Positions 45,053 through 57,800 of a stretch of DNA of 64,000 bases are shown here, one piece after another. Below the pieces are notes generated by a model that was given only the letters and a program-made list of their open reading frames with translations, had not been told where the DNA came from and did no database searches. Positions within the stretch are counted from its first letter, which is position 1. Each line of letters starts with the position of its first letter. The position numbers and the translations under genes were made by a program. The stretch comes from a virus (lineage: Duplodnaviria; Heunggongvirae; Uroviricota; Caudoviricetes), in IMG/VR virus record IMGVR_UViG_3300009709_000001, positions 160,001 to 224,000 of that record; one strand, given 5' to 3'.

Positions 45053-47419
45053 ATGGCGTATCTAAATACGAATGCAAGAACAACAAAGCCGACAACAAAT
45101 GAAAGTTTTCAACCGTTGGGTCGCATGTCGGCTTTGTTCGGTGTGTTTGTTGGTTTTGTAAAACGAGCAGAAGACGTACAAAGAAATGGTCGTCTACAAG
45201 TCTGGATACCGGAATTTGGTTCTGCACCAGAAGAAGAACAGGGTTGGATCACCGTAAACTATTGTTCACCATTCGCTGGCGCAACAAATGTAGAAACAAT
45301 TAGTAAGACCGATATTGAATCTTTCGATAAAACACAAACCTCCTATGGTATGTGGTTTGTCCCGCCGGACATTAACAATCAGGTATTGGTAATGTTTGTC
45401 GGTGGCGACTCGAACCGCGGTATTTGGATTGGCTCACTTTATAACCAGTTTATGAATAACATGGTTCCGGGTATGGCCGCCGATGCAAAGAATCATCAGT
45501 ATCCTGGCAAGCAAATTCCTGTCGCCGAATATAACAAATGGGATACCAAGGTAACTCAGCCGGATCGTGCATTCCACCCATATGAAGAAACAAAATTCAA
45601 AGGTGTAGGCAATCAGGGTTTGATTACCGATCAAGGTCGCGGCGTAACTAATTCAAGTGCCCGTCGTGAAGCACCATCCAAAGTGTTTGGTATTCTTACA
45701 CCGGGTCCAGCAATTGACGATACAGTCAGTGCTCAGAATATCCGTAGAAAAGGTGGTTCATCGTTTATTATGGATGACGGCACCGGTTCTGAATATGTTC
45801 AGCTTGCAACAAAGACTGGTGCACAAATCAAAATTGACGAAACAAATGGTTACGTGTATGTAATCAATCGCGACGGCACTTCTTGGATTCAAATGGACCA
45901 GAAAGGCCATATTGATATTTTCAGTCAATTTGATGTATCTATTCGTGCAATGAGAGATTTGAATTTCAGAGCAGATAGAAACATTAATATGGAAGCTGGA
46001 CAAAACGTTTTCATTGCTGCCGCCAAAGATACGAAACTTAATGGTTCGAAAGATATCGTTTATGATATCAATAACGTTCCTAAGAAGTTTGATGTTCCTT
46101 GGTATCAGAAAACTGAACGTGGTGCAGGTGAAGGTGGAAATATTGTATTCGAAGCACAATGGGATATGCATTCGACTGTTGTGCAGAACAATCTATATGT
46201 CACCACAAAAGCCGGTAAGCAAGAATACAATTCGAAAAAGAATATTGATATCTTTACCGACGACAATTACAATCTGAAAGTCACAAATAATATCAATATC
46301 AACGCCGGTCAAAATATTAGTGAGAAGACTCCTAATATCAAAATCGAAGCAACATCATCTTATGGCTTGAAGTCGCCTACAATTACCAACGAAGGTGCGG
46401 TAAAAATTAAGGGTACACTCGATGTTACAGGAAACACAGGCCTTGGCGGAACATTGGGTGTTACCGGTACGACTACCGGTGCTAACGCTAACTTCAATAC
46501 TATTCGTGGATTCTTCCCACAAATCAACAATGGTTCGGGTCCTAACCCAGGTTCCAATTCTGGAGGATTCTCTCCGCCGTCTGTAAACAGCCCGAACACT
46601 CCTACAGATCCGGTAACTTCTGCACTTGCCGAAATTAAAGCATTGACTGATGCTGGTGATATTTTGCCACCTATCAAGTCACCATATTTCAAGCGCGGAA
46701 TGCAATCGTGGCCTACTATTGTTACTCGTTGGCCGACCTATGAGCCGTGCCCATTGCACGAACAATTCAAGTTTAGTTCAACAACTGGTTATACACCAAA
46801 ACTAAACGAAGGCGATAAGACTTATAACGGATCGGGCGGTGCAGGTAACGGTGCAACTACATCTCCGCCACCAAATACGACCCCTGGTGCAGATAACAAG
46901 GTATTACCGCCACCAGATACACAAGACAGTATCGTTGCAAAAGATCTGAACTTGAAGGCACTTGAATGTCAACTTAAAATTCACGAAGGTGTAAGATACA
47001 ATGTTTATCTTGACTCTCTCGGATTACCAACAGCTGGTATCGGGCACCTACTTCGTTCGAATGAGCAACAACCAGTTGGCACACCTATTTCTGAAGATCA
47101 AGTTACTCGTTGGTTCCAATCTGACTCGTCGACTTGCATTAAGGATGCACAGAACTTTGTCGGTATGGATACATGGTCCGATCTCGATGATAACAGAAAA
47201 CGCGCTCTTTCTGACCTTGCGTATAACATGGGCGGAGCACGTCTTGGTAAGTTTACTACTTTCCGAACAGCGATGCAGAGAAAAGATTTTACCGCTGCAG
47301 GCGAAGCACTCAAGAATTCAAAATGGTTCACGCAAGTCGGTAGACGCGGTCCTGCAATCGTATCGCAAATTGTAAATGGTGTTGATCCTAACGGTTGCGA
47401 TAAGAAATTTCCACCGTGA
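45053..47419 (+). CDS. baseplate spike (gp5/VgrG-like) with C-terminal T4-type lysozyme
   Basis: GRLQVWIPE OB fold, beta-helix repeats, HEG..YLDSLGLPTAGIGH...SKWFTQVGRR. Confidence 0.9.
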   Translation: MAYLNTNARTTKPTTNESFQPLGRMSALFGVFVGFVKRAEDVQRNGRLQVWIPEFGSAPEEEQGWITVNYCSPFAGATNVETISKTDIESFDKTQTSYGMWFVPPDINNQVLVMFVGGDSNRGIWIGSLYNQFMNNMVPGMAADAKNHQYPGKQIPVAEYNKWDTKVTQPDRAFHPYEETKFKGVGNQGLITDQGRGVTNSSARREAPSKVFGILTPGPAIDDTVSAQNIRRKGGSSFIMDDGTGSEYVQLATKTGAQIKIDETNGYVYVINRDGTSWIQMDQKGHIDIFSQFDVSIRAMRDLNFRADRNINMEAGQNVFIAAAKDTKLNGSKDIVYDINNVPKKFDVPWYQKTERGAGEGGNIVFEAQWDMHSTVVQNNLYVTTKAGKQEYNSKKNIDIFTDDNYNLKVTNNININAGQNISEKTPNIKIEATSSYGLKSPTITNEGAVKIKGTLDVTGNTGLGGTLGVTGTTTGANANFNTIRGFFPQINNGSGPNPGSNSGGFSPPSVNSPNTPTDPVTSALAEIKALTDAGDILPPIKSPYFKRGMQSWPTIVTRWPTYEPCPLHEQFKFSSTTGYTPKLNEGDKTYNGSGGAGNGATTSPPPNTTPGADNKVLPPPDTQDSIVAKDLNLKALECQLKIHEGVRYNVYLDSLGLPTAGIGHLLRSNEQQPVGTPISEDQVTRWFQSDSSTCIKDAQNFVGMDTWSDLDDNRKRALSDLAYNMGGARLGKFTTFRTAMQRKDFTAAGEALKNSKWFTQVGRRGPAIVSQIVNGVDPNGCDKKFPP

Positions 47420-47465
47420 TAAGTAGCCATATAATTTCCTTGATAAATATGAAAAAGGGGATTAT

Positions 47466-47885
47466 ATGGCAAACCAATCTAAAGGATATGTCCAGCAACA
47501 AAGAGTAACAAGAAAGCCTTACTTCGTAGGCTTCAATACCGTTGACCAGCCAAATCCTCCATACTCCTTGACAAATGTCGATATTGTCAAGAGAGATATT
47601 TTAAATCAATTCGCAACACCTCTTGGTGCCAGAGTTATGTTACCTGGATTTGGCACCAATATCTACAATTATCTTTTTGATCCGTTCGACGAATATACGA
47701 AAAATGCAATTATCGAAGATGCAGTTCGTGTTGTCGGGGACGATTCTCGAGTAGAACTCGTTTCGGTCGATGTATATCAAGAAGAACAAGCATTGAACGT
47801 TATCATGGTTCTGTTATTCAAACCCGAATCTGTAACTGATAACTTGTTTGTAACCTTTTCACTTAAAGATCGAGAAACATTCTAA
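47466..47885 (+). CDS. baseplate wedge subunit (gp25-like)
   Basis: T..GARVMLPGFG....LFDP...DSRV. Confidence 0.9.
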   Translation: MANQSKGYVQQQRVTRKPYFVGFNTVDQPNPPYSLTNVDIVKRDILNQFATPLGARVMLPGFGTNIYNYLFDPFDEYTKNAIIEDAVRVVGDDSRVELVSVDVYQEEQALNVIMVLLFKPESVTDNLFVTFSLKDRETF

Positions 47886-50800
47886 TGTCTGAGTCAATTC
47901 GTCAAAATAATCTTTTCGCAGCCGAAGATTACAAAAAGATTTTCAAAGCTTATCAATTTATTGATTATACCGCCTATGACTTCGATACACTGAAGCAAGC
48001 GCTGATCAATTATGTCCAAACCTATTACCCAGAAGACTTTAACGATTATATCGAAAGTTCGGAATTTATTGCAATCATTGAATTGATTGCATACCTTGGC
48101 ACAAGTTTGGCATTTAGAACTGATCTTAATAGCCGTGAAAACTTTATCGATACAGCAGAGCGCAGAGAAAGTGTTATTCGACTTGCACAGATGGTTAACT
48201 ACGTTCCACGTAGAAATATTTCTGCAAGCGGACTTTTCAAAATTGCGGCAGTCCAAACTAATCAGCCACTCATTGATGCAAACGGTGTCAATATTAATGA
48301 CTTGACCGTTTACTGGAATGATCCTAACAATCCAGATTGGTTCGATCAATTTATTCAGATCTGTAATGCTGCATTCAGCACATTGAATCCTTTCGGTCGC
48401 CCAACTAAGAGTGGAAGCATCGGAAGTATTCCTACTGACCTATATCAACTAAACAACGTTATCAACCTAAACGTTGCATATTCGAATACAATTTCGATTA
48501 ATGGTCAACAGTATCCTATCGATGTTTGCAATCCAGATTTTATTCCTAACGAAACAATTTTCGAAAGACATCCAAATCCTGCAAACGCATTCAACTTCAT
48601 CTACAGAAACGATAGCCTGGGAGTATCGTCGCCCAATACTGGTTTCTTCTTGTACTTCAAACAGGGTAACCTAATTAACATCGATACCAACTACGAGTTT
48701 CCTGTTCCTAACAGAGTAACACCAATTGCTGTCCAGAATGTTAACCAAGATGACGTCTATGTGCAAGAAACAGACCAGTCAGGTAATGTGATTTCACAGT
48801 GGACAAAGGTTCCTGCTCTTGCCGGCGAAAACATTATCTATAACAGTATTCAGTTCTCTGTTAGAAATATCTTTGATGTAATTTCGGGTCCAAACGATAC
48901 AGTTTCTATTCGTTTCGCTGATGGAAATTTCGGTAATGTTCCAACTGGCCTATTCAGAACATGGGTACGTGTTAGTGCGAATGAAGCACTTGTAATTCGT
49001 CCAACCGATGCACAAGGTTTGCAAATGAACATTCCTTATATCGGTGCTGATGGTCAACAATACACCTTGCGCCTTGTCTATAGTCTAGAACAGACTATCA
49101 GTAATGCTGCTGCAACCGAAACTGATGAACAGATTAAGCTTCGCGCTCCGGAAGTTTTCTCGACACAATCGAGAATGGTTAACAACAGCGACTATAATGT
49201 CTTGCCGCTTGTTTATGGAAATCAAATTGCGAAGATTCAGGCAATCGATAGAACCTATAGTGGCCAGAGTCGTTATATCGATTTAACTGACCCAACAGGT
49301 TTCCACAGGGATTTGATTATCTTCGGTCAAGACGGTGCACTATTTAGAGATAATCAGAATGTACTTGAACAAGTCATTGAGGATTCATCTAATTCTGGAA
49401 CTATTGAATCGATCCTTGTGAACACAATACAAGAAATGCTTAGAGACAGTCAAGTTTCTGCATTTTTCTATGATGAATATCTTCCACAATTCGAATCTAC
49501 CATTCGTGTTAACCGCAATGATCCATCGGACCCAAATGGCCCGCAACCAGAAGGTTATTCGTTGCTGAATATTGCAAACCCAAATCAACTTCCACTTATT
49601 TGGAAAACTTCTCCATTGAAGTTTAAGAACGATACTGGTTTCTTTACTAATTCTCCATTAAGCGATACAGCGGTTGCTCTTATTAACACTCTAACTCCGG
49701 ATAATCCATCTGGTGTTGATTACACATATCAACCATGGGGATTCTTGAGAGCAGGTGCGGTAGTTGATTTTGCAAATGTGTCGACACCTACTCCGACTGG
49801 ATTAAATTCTGTAACCATTAACAATGTGGTACAGAATGGTCTGCCATTGATTGTTAACAGTTCAAATCCATATTCCAATATCGGCCCAGTTGAATTGGGT
49901 AAAGAGGAACAAATTAACTTCCAGGCAGTTCGAGTTTATCCTGTATTTAGAAATGACCTGAATACCAGTGAAATTGTCGAAATTACTACTGCAATTGATG
50001 CAGGTATTTCTTTCTGGTTGTATTACGATCTACTTACAGACGAATGGCATACTTCGACTACAGCAACACCAGGTCTTTTAGATCAAGCTGAACAGCCATG
50101 GAAGTACGCACCACCAGAAATTATTTCAGGTGTTGAGCAAATTTATTCCGATTGGGCACCTTATCCAGCAGGTGGCTTGCTTTACATTTCCATCGCAAGC
50201 AACAATCAAATCGGAACTACTACCTATGATTTAACCGCACGTGGTCGAGTCTATGTATTCGAGTCATATCGTGATGTTCGATTCTATTGGGAACCTAATC
50301 AGATTGTTATCGACAATGCAACCGGCCAAGCCTTGCAAGATACAATCGAAATTATGCCGTTTGTAAATACCAATAGTTCGATTGATAATAACGAACCAGA
50401 TATTGTCGATCCTACTCAAGCGTTCTTGAAGGAACAGGTAGATTTCAATATCACTGGTGTATTCATTCAGCCCGATGGATATCTCGATAGTTCTAAAGTC
50501 GAGGTATCATTAATCGATGGCGACTCCGATGGTATTCCAGATGATCCCGAAGGATTCAATAAAATTGTCGCACCTAATGACAGAATTGTCTTTGAATATT
50601 ATGTTAACGAAGTTAGCGGATACCAAAGCACAAGGCCTTGGATTACAAACTGGAATATTGATTTCGAAAACTATGGCGGGCTATTCTATGTTTACTTTCC
50701 AGTAAGCCTAAGCGATCCGACGAAACTATATAGCCCGCCATATATTTCGGCAACACTTGTTCCAGATCCATTGTTACCACCTCCAGATGCTGTATTCATG

Positions 50801-51796
50801 GATACTGTTAACCTGTTGTTTATTAACAACTTGGCGCAGCTACAACTCGATACAGTTACTCCGGGTCTTCAGACAATTGCAAATCAGGTTACGGCATTCT
50901 TCAATAACGATGAAACTACCTTTCCGTGGATTACCAATATTTCGGCAGTCACAGACAAGATTGATCTAGTTACAAATTATTTCATTAAGAAATCATATCT
51001 ATTGTCATCAATTAGTCCTCCGGGCTTTGGTGTGTATTACACCATGGCATTTGAAGATACATCTAACTTGTTGGTATATCCAACAGGTAAAATGGTAGGT
51101 GACATTCCAGACAAGTATCACTATGACAGAAATGGTAAAGTATTCACACAGAATACATCGATTGAAGAACTACAGCGTCTTCCACTATATTTCAAGTGGA
51201 GTCATTACTCGCCAATCGATCAACGTGTAGATCCGTCGCCTACAAACATTATCGATATGATTGTTGTCACCGACAACTATTATCGCGATGTTTTGATTTG
51301 GAAGAATGTCAACGGTAGTATCGCAACATTCCCTCCAGCACCAACAACTGAAGAACTTAGAATTCAGTTCCAGGATCTAAACCAATATAAGATGGTTAGT
51401 GATGCAATGGTTTGGAATTCGGGTACATTTAAGATTCTATTCGGCACACAGGCAGAATCGGAATTGCAAGCAACATTCAAGGTTGTTAAAGCACCGTCGA
51501 CAAACATCAGTGACAACGAAGTCAAGACAAAGGTTATCAAAGCAATTGATACTTATTTTGATATTCGTAACTGGGACTTCGGTGAAAAATTCTTCTACAC
51601 TGAATTGGCAGCATTCATTCACCAGCAGCTTTCGCGCATTATCAGTTCTGTGGTTATTGTTCCTAACAATGCAAATTCACAGTTCGGTAACTTGTTTGAA
51701 ATTGTTGCAAACCCTAACGAACTATTCTTGTCTACCGCAACGGTAAACAATGTTCAGATTGTTTCTAATCTAACTGATCAGAACCTGAGAGTTTAA
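47885..51796 (+). CDS. baseplate wedge subunit (gp6-like)
   Basis: DFDTLKQAL, DFNDYIESS, FADGNFG, ETDEQIK.RAP, RMV..DY. Confidence 0.9.
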   Translation: MSESIRQNNLFAAEDYKKIFKAYQFIDYTAYDFDTLKQALINYVQTYYPEDFNDYIESSEFIAIIELIAYLGTSLAFRTDLNSRENFIDTAERRESVIRLAQMVNYVPRRNISASGLFKIAAVQTNQPLIDANGVNINDLTVYWNDPNNPDWFDQFIQICNAAFSTLNPFGRPTKSGSIGSIPTDLYQLNNVINLNVAYSNTISINGQQYPIDVCNPDFIPNETIFERHPNPANAFNFIYRNDSLGVSSPNTGFFLYFKQGNLINIDTNYEFPVPNRVTPIAVQNVNQDDVYVQETDQSGNVISQWTKVPALAGENIIYNSIQFSVRNIFDVISGPNDTVSIRFADGNFGNVPTGLFRTWVRVSANEALVIRPTDAQGLQMNIPYIGADGQQYTLRLVYSLEQTISNAAATETDEQIKLRAPEVFSTQSRMVNNSDYNVLPLVYGNQIAKIQAIDRTYSGQSRYIDLTDPTGFHRDLIIFGQDGALFRDNQNVLEQVIEDSSNSGTIESILVNTIQEMLRDSQVSAFFYDEYLPQFESTIRVNRNDPSDPNGPQPEGYSLLNIANPNQLPLIWKTSPLKFKNDTGFFTNSPLSDTAVALINTLTPDNPSGVDYTYQPWGFLRAGAVVDFANVSTPTPTGLNSVTINNVVQNGLPLIVNSSNPYSNIGPVELGKEEQINFQAVRVYPVFRNDLNTSEIVEITTAIDAGISFWLYYDLLTDEWHTSTTATPGLLDQAEQPWKYAPPEIISGVEQIYSDWAPYPAGGLLYISIASNNQIGTTTYDLTARGRVYVFESYRDVRFYWEPNQIVIDNATGQALQDTIEIMPFVNTNSSIDNNEPDIVDPTQAFLKEQVDFNITGVFIQPDGYLDSSKVEVSLIDGDSDGIPDDPEGFNKIVAPNDRIVFEYYVNEVSGYQSTRPWITNWNIDFENYGGLFYVYFPVSLSDPTKLYSPPYISATLVPDPLLPPPDAVFMDTVNLLFINNLAQLQLDTVTPGLQTIANQVTAFFNNDETTFPWITNISAVTDKIDLVTNYFIKKSYLLSSISPPGFGVYYTMAFEDTSNLLVYPTGKMVGDIPDKYHYDRNGKVFTQNTSIEELQRLPLYFKWSHYSPIDQRVDPSPTNIIDMIVVTDNYYRDVLIWKNVNGSIATFPPAPTTEELRIQFQDLNQYKMVSDAMVWNSGTFKILFGTQAESELQATFKVVKAPSTNISDNEVKTKVIKAIDTYFDIRNWDFGEKFFYTELAAFIHQQLSRIISSVVIVPNNANSQFGNLFEIVANPNELFLSTATVNNVQIVSNLTDQNLRV

Positions 51797-51869
51797 CCGG
51801 GTTTTAATTTTCGTGATAAATACAGGAACAAGGTAACCAAGTTACCTTGATCTTCTACGGAAATTATCA

Positions 51870-54800
51870 ATGACTCAGTATATCAAAAAGCTACCGGCAG
51901 TCTTCCAGACAGTCACTGAAAAGAAATTCTTTGATGCAACTTTCGATCAAGTCTTTTCTAAGAAAGATAGCGACCTTCTTGCAGGTTTCCTCGGTCGTCG
52001 CGATCCAGGCCTTTACAATCCGATTACTGATTTTTATCTTCCAGAACCATCAAAGAATAGAACCTGGTGGCAGCTAGAGGCTACCGCATTTGCACGCGAT
52101 AGCGATACAACCAAGACAAATATCTTCTTCTATGAAGATCTTCTTGAAAATATCGAATACTACGGTGGCAATACCCTAAACCAGGATCGTCTATTCGAAT
52201 CTGAATATTACAGCTTCGGTCCTCCGATTGATTATGACATGTTCATTAATTACCAGTCATATTACTGGGTTGAACAGGGTCTACCTACAATTACAATCAC
52301 CGGAGTTATGGGTGCCGATATCATTGGCAAATCTTCCTATACAACTCCACCTACAGCAGTACCGGCAAACTTTACATTGACTACCGGCATGTCAATTTCA
52401 TTGGCAGATGATCCGGAATACTCGTCACCGCATACTGTTGAAAATATCGGTAACTGTATCGGTATTCGTTTAGTACCTCAGTTCCCTGATTTTACCGCCG
52501 GTACACTTTTTGAATTCCTTCCTTGGGATGGAGAATTCGAACTTGCTAACGGCCGTATCATTGATAATAGATATTGGGATTCGTTGACCTGGGAAACTCA
52601 GGCACAGCCATCTAACGGCGATTACATTACAATCGAACGTGGTTCACTAGACCGTAATGCTTGGTCACGTACAAACAAATGGTTCCACATCGATGCAATT
52701 ACACAAACCATTGCAGCTACCGGAACTGTATTTCCTGCAAATGCGACAAGAGCATTGCGCCCCATCATTCAATTTATTGCTGACCTGATTCTTTATAAAT
52801 CCGGTACACAATTTAGATCTGAAATTCAATATGGTTTCCGTGACAATCAATTCGGGCAACCATTGTTGTTCGCGGATTATCAAAATCAATCAGTTCTTTC
52901 AATCAATACTGCTTTCGGCATTGATTTGTCAGAAGGTGATCTTGTTAGCTTCTTCAACGACACTACCCCGATTAATGTTGATTACTTCCCATGGGATATG
53001 TTCGACTGGGATACCAACGATTGGGATGCAGTCTTTCCATCGACAATTAACCAATGGATTTTCGAAGCTAAGATCCAGCCCGATGGAACTGTAAACTTCG
53101 TTCCTTACACATCTTGGGCAACTCCTGTCCTTGAAGGCGATATTGTCTTCATTACCGAAGATGCTCCGTTTGATGGCGCATTGCGCGGTCAGACATGGTA
53201 TTACAGCAATGGCACATGGCAAGAAGCATTCAACGATAAGATTAGATTAAATCAGCCACCGTTGTTCCAGTTGTACGATCACGACACTGTTCCTCTCGAC
53301 GATACTGCAAAATATCCAGATAGCACATTCCGTGGCAGTGAAATTTTCTCCTACAAGGTTAACACTGAACCTGGTGCGACCGTTGACCCAGTTCTAAAGT
53401 TTCCGATTGTGTATACATCGCTCGGGCAAGCTTCCGACATTGTATTCCAAAATGACTTGATTACAACTCGTTACGCCTACGGATCGTTTAAACCGATTGA
53501 TGGTTACTACTATTACAAGACCGTTACCGATCCTGTAACATTCAATAACTGGAATCTATATCAGCCATGCCCGTGCGATGATATTATTCCTCCGCCTCCA
53601 TGCAATTGTCTCGAAACAAGCAAACAACGAGTTATCGAGAAGTATGTTGTAGGTTACGGAACTGAGTTCCAATTTAAACTCAGTGTCACTCCTTACGGCT
53701 ATCCTGCAACTCCCGACATTATTGTCTCTGTAAATGGCGTTGAGGTAAAGTCTGCTGCGGACCAGACTGATGGGTACACGTTATCCGTCATAAATGACAG
53801 GATTTACGTCGTTCTCACTACCTATCTAACTAACTTGTTGTCGACTGTACAGTCGCAGCCTCCTGTGGTTGAAGTACAGACTTATACCCATGGGTTGTTG
53901 GATCCTGCAGAACCGGGTTATTTTGAGATTCCACAACAACTCGAAGCAAATCCTAATCAGCTTGAAGTTAGCGAAATTAGTGCAAGTGATTTGACACAAC
54001 AATTTGCATCGATTATTTCTAATCAGATTGGTGCAACTGGCGTTGCATTCGGTGGCAGCAATAATTACCGTGATACAAGAAAGAATAGATCTGTCGGTCA
54101 GTACATTCTACAAAACGTAGCACCGGCGCTAAAGTCGATGCTTATTGCATCAGAGGATGACCTTGATTTTATTACTGGTCTAAGATTTAGTCAATCTGAA
54201 TATACCAAATTTAAGAATAAGTATCTCAGAACTGCTCAGCAGTTGATTAACCAACAATTTAGTCCAGTTCAATTCTACACCAACACTGTGGTTATTAGCC
54301 TGTGGGTGGAAGAAATTCTTAAGGTGGTTAATGTTTCCAAGGAATTCTCAAACGCTTTCGCATATTCCTACATGATTGCGAATGGTAGCCCGTTTGCTAA
54401 CGAAACCATCACAGTACCGGCCGGCGGCTTGGTTACATTAACCAATTATGTTGATCTCAGTGATCCGAAGAATGCTCTGTACGCATATGATGTATCCGGA
54501 CAAGAAACTCTTTTGATTATCGGTAAAGATTACGAAATCGTTTCTACCAACCTTGCAATTGATATTCAATTCAATACTGCATCTGTGCCGGTGGGTAGAT
54601 CTGTTTTTGTTGCTCTTTACAAGAATCCATTGCCGGCATACATTCCATCGACTCCAACAAAGGTCGGTGCATACCCTACCTATGTTCCGCGCATTGAATT
54701 AGATACAACCTATACTAATCCGACAAATGTCATTATTGGCCACGATGGATCAAAGACAATCGCATTCGGTGATTATAGAGACCAATTGTTACTCGAACTT

Positions 54801-57800
54801 GAAAAGAGAATTTATAATCTCTTGAACTTTAAGTATCGACACGAGTATGCATTGCCGCTTCGTGTTGAATCAATTCGTTCCGGTTACTTTAGAGAAACAC
54901 GTTACTCTAGACAAGAATATCTCGATATTACCGAATCGTATCTAAACAAATGGTCGGCAATGAATCGTGCTAACTATCGTGCCAACGATTGGGCGACAGC
55001 GAGTGTTTCAACTCCACCGTCTCTACTCTGGAAGCTCTACAATTACCGTCTAGCCGAAAATACACTCGGTCAACCATTGAACCTACCGGGCAATTGGAAG
55101 GGTGTCTATCTCTACCTTTACGACACTATCAATCCTGATACACGTCCATGGGAGATGCTTGGATTCACCGATCAACCAGATTGGTGGGAAATCGAATATG
55201 GTGCACCTATCCTGAACCTTGCAGGTCAGGAAGTCTGGGGTTCTAATGCTGCTGGTCTACATAATATGTATTCCGACCTAGAAGCAGGTATTATCCGTCA
55301 GGGACCGTGCGCAATTTACGACCCGATTACCTTGCAACCAGTTCCACAAGAAATGTGGGCACGTCCAGGTCTGTTGACATTGATTCCTGTAACTACATCG
55401 GGCGAGATTATTTCTGTCATGACATTGTTCAATGTCGTGTACTCCGGTAATCCATATGCACCATTTGACGGCTTTGATATCGAATGGATATACGGTGATG
55501 GTAGTCCAGTTGAGATGGCGTGGATGTCGACTTCGGCATACGCCTTCAGTACTCAAGAGTTTATGTATCTCATGAGACCTGCTCCTTACGGAGAACTCAT
55601 GTGGGATACTCTCGGTACTGAACTTTCTCCTGGCATGATTGACGTTCCTGGTATCGAAAGTCCTGTACAATCGACTATTAACTGGCAATATGTTCAGAAT
55701 GATATCTATTCGGATGACGATCCATTCTTTGCATGGATGCGTCCAAAGAACGCTGATCAAGTAGTTCATGCTGAAAATATCGATAGCGAAATTCAAATTA
55801 GATACGGATATCAGCGTTGGATTAGTGATAGGATTCTTTTCCTAGGAAAAGACATTGGCACCACATTCGGTCAGAAGGTTAGAACACTCGATGTAAATCT
55901 TGCAAATAAACTTGCCGGCTTTACAAACAAGGATACAACCAATACCTACATCGAATCCGTAACTCCGGGTTCTACAACCAACAGCTTGATTATTCCATCG
56001 ACAAACTTCGATGTTAAACTTCATAAGAGTCCAGTTGTCGATACCTATTCCTATAGCGGTATTGTAATTCGTGCCCTAATTGACGGAACATTCGCAATCT
56101 ACGGATACGATTTACTCAGTTCTGAATTCACAGTTCTCGAAAGATCTACCGACAAACTTATCGATGTTACTGTCGGTGGTACACCTGCGGAATTCAAATA
56201 TTTCAACATTGGCGAAACTTATAACGCTGGCGACATTGTCAAGTACAATGGTGTCTATTATGTCTCACTTGTGACACAGATTGCAGTTGTTAAGTTCGAA
56301 GCATCTGGCTGGCAGCGCCTTGCAGGATTGCCAACAGTAGGTGGTATTTCTGTTTCCTACAAGCCATTAACCACAGGTAAGATTGTGAAAGTTCCGTATG
56401 GTACTGTCTTGCCTACCGCACAAGCAGTGTTCGATTTAATGATTAGCTGGGGTGCATATCTTGAAGCACAAGGTTGGAAATTCGACGAAGTTAGTCAACA
56501 AACCAACATGCTCAGCGACTGGCTTGCATCTGCTAAACAATTCCTATTCTGGTTGAATACTGAATGGGCACCCGATGCATCTATTCAATTGAGCCCACTT
56601 GCCAACAAGGCAACCTTGGTTGTTAAGCGTGGTTATCCAAACGATGTCGAAACTATGTCTAACGGTGTTTACAGCATCCTAGACAAGTACGGCGTTGCAA
56701 TTGCACCACAGAACACAACAACCGATCGTGATGGTCCTAGCATTACCGTTGAACCATCAGATCTTGCTGTTGGCGGAATTTATTTCTTGACTGTTAATAC
56801 TTCCGAAACAGAACACGTTCTGATTTTTGATAACACCACAAACTTTAACGATGTGGTATATTCGCCACTATTGAGGGCACGCCAACAGAGATTGCGCTTC
56901 AATGGATTCAGAAGCAATGGTTGGTACGGTAAGATGGAAGCACCTGGTTATCTTGTTATGGATAACGAGCTTGTTCCAAACTATGACACAATCGTGAATA
57001 GCATGCGCTATTTCTATGATCCGAATGTTACACTTGATAACCCAAGCTTAGAAGATTTGGGACGCCATCTTATTGGTTACGAAAGCAAGAGTTATCTCGA
57101 TAACTTACAGGTTTCTAACGATGTTCAGTACCTTTTCTATCAAGGTGCTATTCGTCAGAAAGGAACTCAGCAAGCATTCGACAAGCTCTTTAGATCGACC
57201 AAAGTTCAAGGCGATAAGGTCATTGAAGTATTTGAAGAGTGGGCATTGAAGCTTGCTGACTTCGGTAACACTATTGAACAAGTTTCCACAGAATTCATAC
57301 TTCGTCCTGAACAGAACACAGGTGAAGTTGTTGTCGCACGCCTAAACTACATTCCATCTAAGATTGGTTTCCTACGTCAAATCAATATCCTGAATGCTGA
57401 AAATACCTACACTTCGGTACCGAAGGTAATTATTACAGCACCAGATGCAGATCCGATGGACCCAGATTTGACTGCTCCTTTAAGGCAGGCAAAGGCCTAT
57501 ATTGTTCTGGATTCTATTGGAAGAATTTCTCGTGTTGATATCACAGACCCAGGATACGGATATCTAAAAGCACCTTACATCGAAATCGATTCCGGACTTG
57601 AGCCACACAATCTCGATAGATTGTTTAGCGTTTGGCAAGGCGAGATCATCAAGGACGAAACACTCGATAATATCATCAACATTGATATTGATCGCACTGA
57701 TCAATGGACTGTTCGACCAGTAGATCCAACATTCTCTCTCGTCTTCCCAGAGACACCAAGAATTGATTATCCATTGCCTAATGCAGGTTATGTCAACTTC